DNA from: an uncultured Muribaculaceae bacterium
GTDB lineage: Bacteria; Bacteroidota; Bacteroidia; Bacteroidales; Muribaculaceae
Length of the DNA: 64,000 bases
Direction: 5' to 3'
NCBI GenBank assembly: GCA_947632485.1
Contig: CANRPJ010000011.1
Location: 17,852 to 81,851, forward strand
The notes under the pieces were generated by a model, which worked only from the letters and a program-made list of their open reading frames with translations, was not told the origin of the DNA and did not search any database. Positions 50,273 through 60,600 of this stretch are shown in pieces (positions within the stretch are counted from its first letter, which is position 1; each line of letters begins with the position of its first letter). A program made the position numbers and the translations under genes.

Positions 50273-51094
50273 ATGTGGAAAACCGTGGCCAAATGGCTGA
50301 TTCTTATAGCCTTGCTTGTCTATGTCGGCTTCGTCACCGCGATGGCGCGGGAGCAGGCCGCTAAGGAGGTGTGCCGCGGTGTTGATATCGTGATTCTCGG
50401 AGAAGCAGCCAACGATTCGGTGACACGCAGGGGTGTGGCCGACGAACTCGGGCGCTGTCCTCACAAATTTATCGGAAAGCGGCTGCCGGAGGTGCCGGTA
50501 GGAAAAATCGAAGCTTTCCTCACCAAGTTCTCCAATTTCGAGAATGTAGAGTGCGCGGTCACATCTAAGGGAAATCTCCGGGTGCAGGTCACCCCCATCG
50601 TGCCCGAACTCCGCGTATTCGATGATTCCGCAAGCTATTACATCAACAAGGCGGGAAAGCGCATAGATGCCAACGCTGAATTTTTCTCCGACGTGCCCAT
50701 AGCCACAGGGCATTTCACCGACACCTTCTCGCCCGTAGAGCTTCTGCCCGTGGCGCGGTTCATAGCTTCAGATTCCACACTGCGCCATCTCGTGGCCATG
50801 ATTTCAGCTACTGATGCCCACAACATCATTATCGTGCCCAGAATCAGAGGCCATGTAGTAAATATCGGCGATGCATCGCGCCTGCGCGAGAAGTTTGATG
50901 CCCTCATGCTCGCCTACCGGAAAATAATGCCCTACAAAGGCTGGGAAACCTACGATACGATATGCGTGAAATACCGGGGGCAGATTGTGGCCACCCGGCG
51001 CAATAAGGCTCCGCTCCACACTCCGCTCAACTATGTGGAGGAAGAAGATCCCGAGGAGCATACACTCCCGCAACCCGAAACCACCAACACATAA
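50273..51094 (+). CDS. ftsQ: cell division protein FtsQ/DivIB
   Basis: N-terminal TM helix, POTRA-like segment and typical Bacteroidetes YDTICVKYRGQIVAT, located between murC and ftsA. Confidence 0.85.
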   Translation: MWKTVAKWLILIALLVYVGFVTAMAREQAAKEVCRGVDIVILGEAANDSVTRRGVADELGRCPHKFIGKRLPEVPVGKIEAFLTKFSNFENVECAVTSKGNLRVQVTPIVPELRVFDDSASYYINKAGKRIDANAEFFSDVPIATGHFTDTFSPVELLPVARFIASDSTLRHLVAMISATDAHNIIIVPRIRGHVVNIGDASRLREKFDALMLAYRKIMPYKGWETYDTICVKYRGQIVATRRNKAPLHTPLNYVEEEDPEEHTLPQPETTNT

Positions 51095-51114
51095 CTCCCC
51101 TCTCACTCACCAAA

Positions 51115-52437
51115 ATGAATCACGAAAGATATATAGCCGCGCTCGAAATCAGCAGCTCCAAGATTCTTGGGGCAGTGGCTCGCGTGGCGCAGTCGGGCCA
51201 GCTCGAGATAGTGGCCGCAGAGCAGGAAAAGACCACCGAGGGTGTGCGCTATGGAGTGATACGCAACCTCGAGGATACAGCCATGCGGGTAGCTCAGGTG
51301 ATTGAAAAGCTTGAGCGCAACGTAGTGCTCGGAGGCAGGAAAATCACCGGGGTATTCATCGGCATGTCGGGACGCTCGCTCCGCTCTGTGTCAAAAGAGA
51401 TTACCCTCCAGCTGCCACCGGAAACCGAAATCACAGAAGATATTCTTACGCGTCTGCACGACCAGGCGCGCCGCTCGCCCGTAGATAGCTCCCTCGAGGT
51501 AGTCGATGCTATTCCCCGCACATTTATAGTCGACGGCACAGAGATGCGCAAGCCGAAAGGAAATCTCGCAAGCAGCATCTCGGCTACCTACGACCTGATC
51601 GTTTGCCGTCCTGAGCTGCGACGCAATATCGAGCGCACTATCGCCGAAAAGCTCGGACTCAGAATTGATGGCATTGTGGTTACGGCTATGGCTGCAAGCA
51701 GCCTCGTGCTGACAGATGAAGACCGCAGACCCGGCTGCATGCTCGTGGATTTCGGTGCGGAGACCACTACCACAAGCATTTATAAAGACGGCCACTTGCG
51801 CTATTTCGCCACTATCCCGATGGGCTCGCGCCATATCACCCGCGACCTCACCACCCTCGATACCCCCCTGCTCGAAGAGCGCGCCGAAGATATAAAGACT
51901 ACCAGCGGCAATGCCATGCCCTCCGAGGGGGAGCGCAGCCTCAATATCCACGGGCTGGAGAATGATAAGATCAACGCCGTAATCGTGGCCCGCGCAGAGG
52001 AGATAGCGGCCAATATACTTGAGCAGCCCACCTATGCCGGACTCTCAATCAGCGAGTTGCCTTCCGGAATGATCTGCATGGGAGGAGGCTTCAAGCTCAA
52101 CAACATGACCCAGGTCGTAGGCCGCGAGATGCGTGCCCGATCAGCGCAGTTGCCCCCCACGGTGCGTGTGGAGACCGCACGCGTGCCCTCCGTCGACCTC
52201 ATCGGCGTAGCCGCAGTGCTTGAGGCAGCCGCGATGGAGACCGACAAGGAATGCCTCGAGATGCCCGGACGCCCAGGCCTGCCCGAAAACGGAGAAGCTC
52301 CCGAACAGGAGTTTATTGAAGAGGAGGTAGAAGCAACCCGCAACAAGAAGAAAGACGGGATCGGAAAGAAGATGGGACGCTGGTTCCGGGATATGTTCGC
52401 TCCCGGCGACGAAGACGACGATTCCGACCTCAACTGA
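51115..52437 (+). CDS. ftsA: cell division protein FtsA
   Basis: AALEISSSKI, VDFGAETT and actin-fold MGGG motifs. Confidence 0.92.
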   Translation: MNHERYIAALEISSSKILGAVARVAQSGQLEIVAAEQEKTTEGVRYGVIRNLEDTAMRVAQVIEKLERNVVLGGRKITGVFIGMSGRSLRSVSKEITLQLPPETEITEDILTRLHDQARRSPVDSSLEVVDAIPRTFIVDGTEMRKPKGNLASSISATYDLIVCRPELRRNIERTIAEKLGLRIDGIVVTAMAASSLVLTDEDRRPGCMLVDFGAETTTTSIYKDGHLRYFATIPMGSRHITRDLTTLDTPLLEERAEDIKTTSGNAMPSEGERSLNIHGLENDKINAVIVARAEEIAANILEQPTYAGLSISELPSGMICMGGGFKLNNMTQVVGREMRARSAQLPPTVRVETARVPSVDLIGVAAVLEAAAMETDKECLEMPGRPGLPENGEAPEQEFIEEEVEATRNKKKDGIGKKMGRWFRDMFAPGDEDDDSDLN

Positions 52438-52480
52438 CAATACTCCCGACCCCAAATTCACCTGACATCAACAAGCTGAC

Positions 52481-53857
52481 ATGGAAGATACCAACGACAT
52501 CCGCGCCTCGGTGAGCGATTCTTCGATTTTCGATCCCGATGCTGACACCGAAACCATAATAAAGGTGATCGGCGTGGGCGGAGGCGGCACTAATGCCGTC
52601 AACTACATGTATGCCCAGAATATTCCGCATGTAGACTTCGTGGTCTGCAACACTGATAAGCAGTCGCTTCATATTAGCCCCGTGCCCAATAAGCTCTGCA
52701 TCGGCTATTCCGTGACCAAAGGGCTGGGAGCGGGAAATGTGCCCGATGTGGGCAGAGAGTGCGCACGCGTAGATGAAGAGGCTATACGCGCCCTCTTCAC
52801 GCCTCCTACGGAGATGGTGTTCATCACCGCCGGAATGGGAGGAGGAACAGGCACCGGCGCCGGACCGATAGTGGCCCAGATTGCCAAAGATGCCGGAATG
52901 CTCACAATCGGAATCGTCACCATTCCATTCCGTTTCGAAGGGGATAAGAAAATCATGAAGGCCATCGAAGGAGCCAAGGAGATGAAGAAACATGTCGATG
53001 CCCTGCTGGTCATCAACAATGAAAATCTCGTGGATCTTTACCGTGACCTCAATTTCTTCAACGCTTTCGAGAAGGCCGACGACACTCTGGCCAACGCTGC
53101 CCGCTCAATCTCCGAAATCATCTGTCTGCCCTGCTACATCAACGTCGACTTCCGCGATGTGAAGAGCACCCTGCGCAATGCCGGAACTGCCATCATATCT
53201 ACTGCTTACGGAGAAGGAGAGCACCGCATCACTAAAGCTATCAACAATGCGCTCCATTCCCCGCTCCTGAACGCCCACGACATCTATTCCTCCAAGAGGC
53301 TGATGTTCAAGCTCAGCGTGAACCGTAAGTCGGAAAGCAAGATGGGTGAGTTTGAGGAGATAAGACAGTTCACCGCCCAGCTCCCTACCATCGATGTGAA
53401 ATGGGGTGTGGCCGATGATCCCACACTCGGCGACAAGGTCAAGATCACCCTACTCGCTTCTGGCTTCGATCTCTCGCTCGGTGAAGATGATGACCACAAG
53501 CTGACCGATGGCAGTGACACCACAATCTCTTTCGGCTCATCGACCGATGCCAAAGAAGCGAAGAAAGCTTCTGATCAGGAGGAGATTAAGAAGGTGAAGC
53601 GCCAGCTCTATGGAGCCGCGAAGGTGGAGCAGCAGGAGCGAGAGAAGGCAAGAGCCAAATATGCCGTGCTCAGCCCGTCGCAATTCGACGATGAGGAGGT
53701 GATCCGCAAGCTCGAGAAGACTCCTACCTATAAGCGCAATGCCAAAATCAATGAAGAGATTCTCCGGGGAGCCGGACCCGAACAGGGAAAGAAACCGGAA
53801 GATAACAATACGCAGAAGGATTCCGGGACAGCCGGCGATACCATAAGATTTGATTGA
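52481..53857 (+). CDS. ftsZ: cell division protein FtsZ
   Basis: KVIGVGGGGTNAV, CNTD, tubulin signature GMGGGTGTG, PFRFEG and NVDFRDV. Confidence 0.97.
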   Translation: MEDTNDIRASVSDSSIFDPDADTETIIKVIGVGGGGTNAVNYMYAQNIPHVDFVVCNTDKQSLHISPVPNKLCIGYSVTKGLGAGNVPDVGRECARVDEEAIRALFTPPTEMVFITAGMGGGTGTGAGPIVAQIAKDAGMLTIGIVTIPFRFEGDKKIMKAIEGAKEMKKHVDALLVINNENLVDLYRDLNFFNAFEKADDTLANAARSISEIICLPCYINVDFRDVKSTLRNAGTAIISTAYGEGEHRITKAINNALHSPLLNAHDIYSSKRLMFKLSVNRKSESKMGEFEEIRQFTAQLPTIDVKWGVADDPTLGDKVKITLLASGFDLSLGEDDDHKLTDGSDTTISFGSSTDAKEAKKASDQEEIKKVKRQLYGAAKVEQQEREKARAKYAVLSPSQFDDEEVIRKLEKTPTYKRNAKINEEILRGAGPEQGKKPEDNNTQKDSGTAGDTIRFD

Positions 53858-55374
53858 TGTCACAGAAATTCCCAATGGTAGCCAAGACCTTCAAGGGTCT
53901 TGAAGATGTGCTCCGCGACGAGCTGATCGATCTCGGAGCTGAAAATGTGCAGATCGGCCTCCGCATGGTGAGCTTTGAAGGTGACCTCGAAATGATGTAT
54001 CGGGCCAACTTCTGCTGCCGCACTGCCCTATTTGTGCTCAAGCCGGTTGAAAGCTTCATAGCCTCCAATCCCGATGAGCTTTACGATGCGGTGCGCGATA
54101 TCGACTGGACCCGTTACCTCGGACCGGACTCCACCTTCGCTATCGACTCCACTGTACACAGCGCAGAGTTTCCGCACTCTAAATATGTAGTTTACCGCGT
54201 AAAAGACGGCATTGTAGACTTCTTCAACGACCGCTTCGGAAAGCGCCCGTCAATTCGCCTCTCGGGAGCTGATGTGCTCTTCAATGTGCACATCTCCGAC
54301 CGCCGGGTCACCATCTCGCTCAATTCCAGCGGCGAGCCGCTCAATCAGCGCGGCTACCGCGTGGAGCAGACCCAAGCGCCGCTCAACGAAGTGCTCGCGG
54401 CCGGCATAATCCTCAAGACGGGCTGGCGCGGAGGCTGCGATTTTGTCGACCCGATGTGCGGCTCAGGCACATTCCTGATCGAGGCCGCGCTGATTGCCCG
54501 AAATATTCCGCCGGGAGTGTTCCGCCGCAGCTTCGCGTTCGAGCGTTGGGCCGACTTCGACCGCGACCTCTTCGAAAAGGTCTACAACGACGACTCGCGC
54601 GAACGCAAATTCGAGCATAAAATCTACGGCGGTGATAAGGACCCGCTCGCGGTGGCTATTGCGCGCCGCAATATCCGCCAGGCAGCTTCGGAAGACTGTA
54701 TCGAAGTGGTTTGCAAGCCGTTTGAAGACTGGACAGAGCCGCCCAAAGAGGGTATTCTCGTTACCAATCCGCCCTACGGAGAGCGCCTGAAGCCTGAGCA
54801 TATCGGCGACCTCTACCATGACCTCGGAAGCACCCTGAAGCATTATTTCAAGGGCTACCACGCATGGATCCTCGGCTATCAGGAAGATCACTTCTCAGCC
54901 ATCGGGCTGAGGCCTTCGGTGAAATTCCCCATTCTCAACGGCAGCCTGGAGTGCTCGCTGAGAGAGTATGTGCTCTTCGACGGCACCATGGCCGACTTCA
55001 AGACGGCAGGAGGCCGCACGGATAATCCTGATTTCAAGAGGCCTGAGAAGCCGGATTTCAAGAACCGCAAACCTCTGAAACCGTTCAGGTCTTCCAAACC
55101 TGAAAGGCAGGAGAGGGGAGGCAAGACCGACAGGCCTGAGAAGTCCTTCCGGTCTGACAAGCCTTTCAAATCAGGCAAATACGAAAGGTCAGAAAAACCA
55201 TTCAGGGCTTACCGGCCGTTCCAGAAGAAAAATAAGCCCGCAAAAGGAGCCATAGAGACTCCCGACCGCGGCCCGAAAATCGATGAGTCCCGAACCGTCC
55301 GTTTCTCCGATAAACTGATGCGCTCGCGCAAGGGTTGGAGGAAACGCGATGATGAGGAATCTCAGAATCATTGA
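53857..55374 (+). CDS. THUMP-domain class I SAM-dependent RNA methyltransferase (RlmL-like)
   Basis: AKTFKGLE, THUMP region, QAPLNEVLAAG, DPMCGSGT and NPPYGER, with a basic low-complexity C-tail. Confidence 0.9.
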   Translation: MSQKFPMVAKTFKGLEDVLRDELIDLGAENVQIGLRMVSFEGDLEMMYRANFCCRTALFVLKPVESFIASNPDELYDAVRDIDWTRYLGPDSTFAIDSTVHSAEFPHSKYVVYRVKDGIVDFFNDRFGKRPSIRLSGADVLFNVHISDRRVTISLNSSGEPLNQRGYRVEQTQAPLNEVLAAGIILKTGWRGGCDFVDPMCGSGTFLIEAALIARNIPPGVFRRSFAFERWADFDRDLFEKVYNDDSRERKFEHKIYGGDKDPLAVAIARRNIRQAASEDCIEVVCKPFEDWTEPPKEGILVTNPPYGERLKPEHIGDLYHDLGSTLKHYFKGYHAWILGYQEDHFSAIGLRPSVKFPILNGSLECSLREYVLFDGTMADFKTAGGRTDNPDFKRPEKPDFKNRKPLKPFRSSKPERQERGGKTDRPEKSFRSDKPFKSGKYERSEKPFRAYRPFQKKNKPAKGAIETPDRGPKIDESRTVRFSDKLMRSRKGWRKRDDEESQNH

Positions 55375-55393
55375 TTCATAACAACTTAAAATC

Positions 55394-56662
55394 ATGAAAG
55401 AGAAACTCAACATCCTGCTTCTCGGCAGCGGAGGCCGCGAGAGCGCAATAGCTTATAAACTTCTTCAGAGCCCGCGCACGGCGCGGCTGTGGGTAGCGCC
55501 CGGCAATGCGTCGCCCGCGTTTGAAAGCGTCGATCTTCCGCTTTCAGATTTCGAGGCGATAGCCAAATTCGTAGCCGACAATGAGATCGACCTCATTTTC
55601 GTAGGACCGGAGCAGCCGCTCGTCGACGGCATAGCTGATTTCTTCGCCGACTCCAAGGTTAAGGTGATCGGCCCGGTGGCCGAAGCGGCGCGCCTCGAGG
55701 GCAGCAAGGAGTTTGCCAAGGAGTTCATGTTCCGCCATGCCATTCCCACCGCACGCTTCATGACCGTGACTGCCGATACGCTTCAGGAAGGGGAATTCTT
55801 CCTCGAATCGCTTCAGCCGCCCTATGTGCTTAAGGCCGACGGACTTGCCGCCGGTAAGGGCGTGCTCATCATTCCCGATCTGGAGGAGGCCAAGGCCAAG
55901 CTCCATGAGATGCTCGAGGGAATGTTTGGAAAGGCCTCCCACACGGTTGTGATCGAGCAATTCCTCGACGGCATAGAGTGCTCCGTATTCGTAGCCACCG
56001 ATGGCGAAGACTACCGGGTACTCCCTGTGGCAAAAGACTATAAGCGCATCGGTGAGGGCGACACCGGCCCCAACACCGGCGGCATGGGTGCCGTATCGCC
56101 CGTGCCCTTCGCCGATGAAGCCTTCATGGAGAAAGTGCGCAGCCGGATAATCGAGCCCACCATAAGGGGGCTGCGAGAGGAAGGCATCGACTATCGCGGC
56201 TTTATCTTCCTGGGTCTCATCAATGTAGGGGGCGACCCGATGGTGATTGAATACAACGTGCGCCTCGGCGACCCCGAGACAGAAGTGGTAATGCCCCGCC
56301 TCAAGAGCGACCTCGTCGACCTCGTGGAAGGCATAGCCGACCGCACCATGGCCCTCAAGCACGTGGAGGAAGATCCCCGTGCGGCCGCGACCGTAATGCT
56401 CGTAAGCGACGGCTATCCCGGCACATACCGTAAGGGCATGGCCATGGAAGGCGCTGAAAGCAATCCGGAGGGCTGCATACTCTTCCATGCCGGCACCCGC
56501 CGCAATGCCGAGGGACGCCCTGAAACCGCAGGCGGCCGCGTGCTCGCCGTAACCGCTTTCGGGCCTGATATCCACCAGGCTGCCGCCACTGCCCTCAAAG
56601 GCGCAGAAAGCGTGAAATTCGAAGGCAAACGCAACCGCACCGACATAGGAGCCGACCTATGA
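55394..56662 (+). CDS. purD: phosphoribosylamine-glycine ligase
   Basis: GSGGRE, VGPEQPL, LEGSK, KADGLAAGKGV, GPNTGGMG and EYNVRLGDPE. Confidence 0.97.
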   Translation: MKEKLNILLLGSGGRESAIAYKLLQSPRTARLWVAPGNASPAFESVDLPLSDFEAIAKFVADNEIDLIFVGPEQPLVDGIADFFADSKVKVIGPVAEAARLEGSKEFAKEFMFRHAIPTARFMTVTADTLQEGEFFLESLQPPYVLKADGLAAGKGVLIIPDLEEAKAKLHEMLEGMFGKASHTVVIEQFLDGIECSVFVATDGEDYRVLPVAKDYKRIGEGDTGPNTGGMGAVSPVPFADEAFMEKVRSRIIEPTIRGLREEGIDYRGFIFLGLINVGGDPMVIEYNVRLGDPETEVVMPRLKSDLVDLVEGIADRTMALKHVEEDPRAAATVMLVSDGYPGTYRKGMAMEGAESNPEGCILFHAGTRRNAEGRPETAGGRVLAVTAFGPDIHQAAATALKGAESVKFEGKRNRTDIGADL

Positions 56663-57627
56663 ACCGGAGGGGAGCGGAAGGAAAACCCGGAATGCTGCTT
56701 GCCACGCTGCTTTTCGCAGCGATGGCGGCGGCCACGTGGGTTTACTATACGCCCGCTCCTCCGGGAGGAAGCCTCGGACTCTGCCTCCCGGCGCCCTGGC
56801 TCTGGCCATTGGCGCCCTTCACCTCTGAGATAGCAGCCTGCGGCCTGATTTTCATAACCGCGCTGCTGGCAGGGGTGTTCAACCGAAGCATCAGCATCGT
56901 GCCGGACACCTCGATAGCCTATTCAGCTATCTTCCTGATAGCCTGCGGGGCGCAGCCGGTTGTGACCGCGCGCCTCACCGCAGCTCCCATGCTTGCCCTT
57001 GCTGCCCTCATCGGGGTGTGGCTGCTATGCAACAGCGTAGGCAAGCGGGCCGCGACGGAATGCTTCCTTCTGGCCGCAATGCTTTCCGCAGGAAGCATGA
57101 TTCAGTATGCCTTTGCGCTGCTCCTGCCAGTGTTCATGTTTTGCGCTATCGTCGGTAAAGTGATGCGTTTCAAGGAGTTCATCGCCTTCCTCTTAGGTAT
57201 CATGGCTCCCTACTGGATAGCGCTGGGATGCGGTCTGGTGAGCTTCGACGAGTTCGAGCTGCCTGAGCTTTACTATATTACGTCGTCAGGATTCGACAAA
57301 ACGGATTTCCTTCTTACCGTGATCCTTACGGGTGCCACCGGGCTCCTCTTCCTGATATGCACGCTGCTGCAGGCGGTGCAGATCTACTCCGCCAACGCCC
57401 GAACCAGAGCCTACTACGGCATTTTCAACGTGCTCGGCTTCGGCACTCTCGCCCTGATGATAATCGACTTCGGCAATTTCACCGCCTATATAGCCATTCT
57501 CAATCTGATGATGGCCTTCTCCGCCGCCGAGCTGCTCCAGCGGTCGCCCGCGAAAAGTACATGGCCTCCGATGCTGCTTGGAGCAGCCGCTTATGTAGCA
57601 TTCTTCATCTTCTTCATAAGATTCTGA
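56659..57627 (+). CDS. conserved polytopic membrane protein (DUF6427-like)
   Basis: About 10 hydrophobic segments, coupled to purD. The family name is from memory of Bacteroidetes synteny and was not verified. Confidence 0.7.
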   Translation: MNRRGAEGKPGMLLATLLFAAMAAATWVYYTPAPPGGSLGLCLPAPWLWPLAPFTSEIAACGLIFITALLAGVFNRSISIVPDTSIAYSAIFLIACGAQPVVTARLTAAPMLALAALIGVWLLCNSVGKRAATECFLLAAMLSAGSMIQYAFALLLPVFMFCAIVGKVMRFKEFIAFLLGIMAPYWIALGCGLVSFDEFELPELYYITSSGFDKTDFLLTVILTGATGLLFLICTLLQAVQIYSANARTRAYYGIFNVLGFGTLALMIIDFGNFTAYIAILNLMMAFSAAELLQRSPAKSTWPPMLLGAAAYVAFFIFFIRF

Positions 57628-57630
57628 AGT

Positions 57631-58644
57631 ATGCCGCGCATAATAGCCGATGCTGCAATTCCCTTTCTTGAAGGGCGACTTTGGGGTGCCGAAGTGGTTC
57701 AACTCCCCGCCGCGCAGATCACCCGCGAGGCAGTCAGCAACGCCGATGGCCTGATAATCCGCACGCGCACCCGCTGCAACGCCGCTCTGCTGCGAGGCAG
57801 CAGTGTAAAGTTCATAGCTACAGCAACAATCGGCACCGATCATCTCGACGAGAATTATCTCGCCGACAACGGAATCAGCTGGGAAAACGCTCCCGGGTGC
57901 AATGCTCCCGGAGTGGCTCAATATGTGTGGAGCGCGCTCTTGCGCTCCGGTTTCGACCCGGGTAGCCAGACTCTCGGCATCATCGGCTGCGGCCATGTAG
58001 GATCGATAGTAGCGGAATGGGGGAGCGCCCTGGGCGCACGCATTCTCGTGAATGATCCTCCCGCCGCCGATACTCTGAAAGCCAGGGGCTTCGCCATTAC
58101 CGACCTGCATGAGCTCCTGAGCACAGCCGACGCCATCACGGTTCATACGCCTCTCAACCACTCAGGCCAGCACGCCACATTCAATCTCCTAAGCAATAAG
58201 GAGTTGAAACAGATTAAGCCGGGGGCATGGCTTATCAATGCCGCGCGCGGAGGGATTACCGACGAAGAAGCGCTTCTCCGGTTCCCCGGCCTACGCCTCA
58301 TAACCGATACCTGGACGGGCGAACCCGATATTGACCGTGCTCTGCTCGCACGCAGCCTATACGCGACGCCTCACATAGCCGGGTATTCCTACGAAGGGAA
58401 GCAGCGGGCCACCCGCATGGCTCTGGAGGCCACGGCGCGGTTCTTCGGCCTCGACTGCGACCTATCAGGACTCACCGGACCCTACGAACCCGGAAATCCG
58501 CCTACCGCGGAGCAGATTCTCGCGAGCTATGACCCCTCAGCGGATACCAAGGCACTCAAGGAAGCCCCTCAACGCTTCGAGCAGCTCCGCGCCTCCTACA
58601 GCTATCGCCACGAACCTCAATATTCCTCCACACCGATAAGATGA
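57631..58644 (+). CDS. pdxB: 4-phosphoerythronate dehydrogenase
   Basis: IIADAAIPFL, RTRTRC, TATIGTDH, NAPGCNA, GCGHVG and TPHIAGYS. Confidence 0.93.
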   Translation: MPRIIADAAIPFLEGRLWGAEVVQLPAAQITREAVSNADGLIIRTRTRCNAALLRGSSVKFIATATIGTDHLDENYLADNGISWENAPGCNAPGVAQYVWSALLRSGFDPGSQTLGIIGCGHVGSIVAEWGSALGARILVNDPPAADTLKARGFAITDLHELLSTADAITVHTPLNHSGQHATFNLLSNKELKQIKPGAWLINAARGGITDEEALLRFPGLRLITDTWTGEPDIDRALLARSLYATPHIAGYSYEGKQRATRMALEATARFFGLDCDLSGLTGPYEPGNPPTAEQILASYDPSADTKALKEAPQRFEQLRASYSYRHEPQYSSTPIR

Positions 58645-59303
58645 AAAAGAAAAAATGGTATGTGGTCTGGGCAGGCCATAATCCCGGCATCTACGACGAC
58701 TGGGCCGATGCCCGCGAGCAGATCGAAGGCTTTCCGCAAGCGAAATACAAGGGCTTCAACTCTGCCGAAGAGGCTACCGAAGCCTACCGGGGAGGTCTGC
58801 GCTCAGAGCGCTCCGAGCTCGGACGCCTGCTTTCCGGCGCAGGCGACAACTCCAGGAAACCGTCGACGCCAAATGATAACTGGCGGAGATTTCCGGAAGT
58901 TGACTCTACGGCCTGGGCGGTTGATGCCTCTTGTCTCGGCAATCCGGGACGCATGGAATACCGTGGGATAGACCTCGCCTCGGGGCAGGAGATTTTCCGT
59001 GTAGGCCCCTTCGAAGGAGGCACTAACAATATCGGGGAGTTTCTCGCCATAGTCCACGCCCTCGCTCTTCAGGAGCAGAGAGGAGAGAGCCACCGCATCT
59101 ATTCCGACTCAGTGTCGGGAATGGCCTGGGTGCGCCGCCGGAAGGCGAACACAAAGCTGAAACCTACGGAGAAGAATACCCGCCTCATGCAGCTCATAGC
59201 GCGCGCCGAACTCTGGCTCGCCAACCATTCCCAGACTACGCCGGTGCTGAAATGGGACACCGACCGCTGGGGCGAAATTCCAGCAGATTTCGGACGCAAA
59301 TGA
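58641..59303 (+). CDS. rnhA: ribonuclease HI with N-terminal viroplasmin-like hybrid-binding domain
   Basis: WYVVWAGHNPGIYDDW..YKGF hybrid-binding domain, then VDASC, TNNIGEFLA, YSDS and EIPADFGRK. Confidence 0.9.
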   Translation: MKKKKWYVVWAGHNPGIYDDWADAREQIEGFPQAKYKGFNSAEEATEAYRGGLRSERSELGRLLSGAGDNSRKPSTPNDNWRRFPEVDSTAWAVDASCLGNPGRMEYRGIDLASGQEIFRVGPFEGGTNNIGEFLAIVHALALQEQRGESHRIYSDSVSGMAWVRRRKANTKLKPTEKNTRLMQLIARAELWLANHSQTTPVLKWDTDRWGEIPADFGRK

Positions 59304-60217
59304 CTCTGAAAGAGACTCTGTGCAATCTTCTCAAGCAAGCGGGAGTTACAGCCGTAGGCTTCGCAGAGGCCGCCGAGGTGGGGGAGTGCGAGCAGAACGC
59401 GTTCCGCCGATTCCTGGAAGCGGGGCGCCATGCAGGAATGGATTATCTTGCCCGGCATGCCGAACTGCGCAGAGATCCGCGCCAGCTTCTCGAAGGCACC
59501 CGCACGGTTATATCGCTCGCGTTCAGCTATTGGCCCGGCAAGGAGATTGCCGACAAGGCTCCGGTGGCCCTCTACGCCCTGGGTCGCGACTACCACAAGG
59601 CGCTGCGCTCAGCGCTGAGACCCGTCTGCCGCGAGATGGAGCGGCTCTACGGCTGCCAGACACGCATCTGCATAGACTCGGCTCCGATTTCCGAGCGCTA
59701 CTGGGCCTGGAAGGCGGGATTGGGCTACCGCGGACTCAACGGCTCTCTGATAGCTCCAGAAGCAGGAAGTTTCCTCGTGCTCGCCGAAATTCTTACCACT
59801 CTTGAGATAGAACCCGACAAACCTCTTCCGGGCGATTGCGGACGCTGCGGAGCCTGCCTGAAAGCATGCCCTACGGGAGCTCTCGGTCCTGATGGAATCG
59901 ACGCGCGCAAATGCCTGAGCTACCTAACCATAGAGCATAAGGGCGACTGGCCGGAAGGCACCGACGGCAGGGGGAGTCTCTTCGGGTGCGACCGTTGCCA
60001 GTCGGTCTGCCCGCATAACCTCACACCCGCTCCGGCACGCCTTGCCGACTTCACGCCGCGGCCGGAAACGCTCAGCATCACTCCACAGCGATGCCTGGAG
60101 ATGACCGACGCAGAGTTTGCCTCGCGCTTCGCCGGCAGCCCGCTCCTAAGAGCAGGCGCCGAGGGACTCCGGCGCAATGCGCGCGCCGCCCTGAAAAGCG
60201 AACAAAAAAGACCATAG
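59300..60217 (+). CDS. queG: tRNA epoxyqueuosine(34) reductase QueG
   Basis: MDYL..R.DP, YALGRDYH, IDSAPISER, CGRCGACLKACPT, CLSYLTIE and FGCDRCQSVCP. Confidence 0.93.
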   Translation: MTLKETLCNLLKQAGVTAVGFAEAAEVGECEQNAFRRFLEAGRHAGMDYLARHAELRRDPRQLLEGTRTVISLAFSYWPGKEIADKAPVALYALGRDYHKALRSALRPVCREMERLYGCQTRICIDSAPISERYWAWKAGLGYRGLNGSLIAPEAGSFLVLAEILTTLEIEPDKPLPGDCGRCGACLKACPTGALGPDGIDARKCLSYLTIEHKGDWPEGTDGRGSLFGCDRCQSVCPHNLTPAPARLADFTPRPETLSITPQRCLEMTDAEFASRFAGSPLLRAGAEGLRRNARAALKSEQKRP

Positions 60218-60249
60218 CTGCGTTAACACTTAAACTCAAATATCAGATT

Positions 60250-60600
60250 ATGGAAACTACGCAGAAACATCTCTACATAATCAGTTTTGGCGATTCCAAT
60301 AAATACCGCCTCATAACTGACTCCGACGCACAGCATATAGCCCGCCTCGATGCCTACGAGAAGGAGCTGAGCGCTTATCTCCACCGCCTCTTTCCGGGCG
60401 AGACCTTCGCTTACCTCACAACTCCGAAGGTTGAGGAAATCAGCATAGCCCACGCCGATCAGTATGCCTCCTACCCGGAACTTGACGACAAGGCTCTTGA
60501 GGATATCAAGAATCTGCTGAAGACAGAACTGGAGAACCGCGAAGATCAGAACGAGCTTGACTCCGACGCTCCTTTCAACGACGCAGGACCCAAATACTGA
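60250..60600 (+). CDS. hypothetical acidic cytoplasmic protein
   Basis: 116-aa ORF from ATG 60250 with an A-rich upstream region and genome-like codon usage. No motif recognised. Confidence 0.7.
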   Translation: METTQKHLYIISFGDSNKYRLITDSDAQHIARLDAYEKELSAYLHRLFPGETFAYLTTPKVEEISIAHADQYASYPELDDKALEDIKNLLKTELENREDQNELDSDAPFNDAGPKY

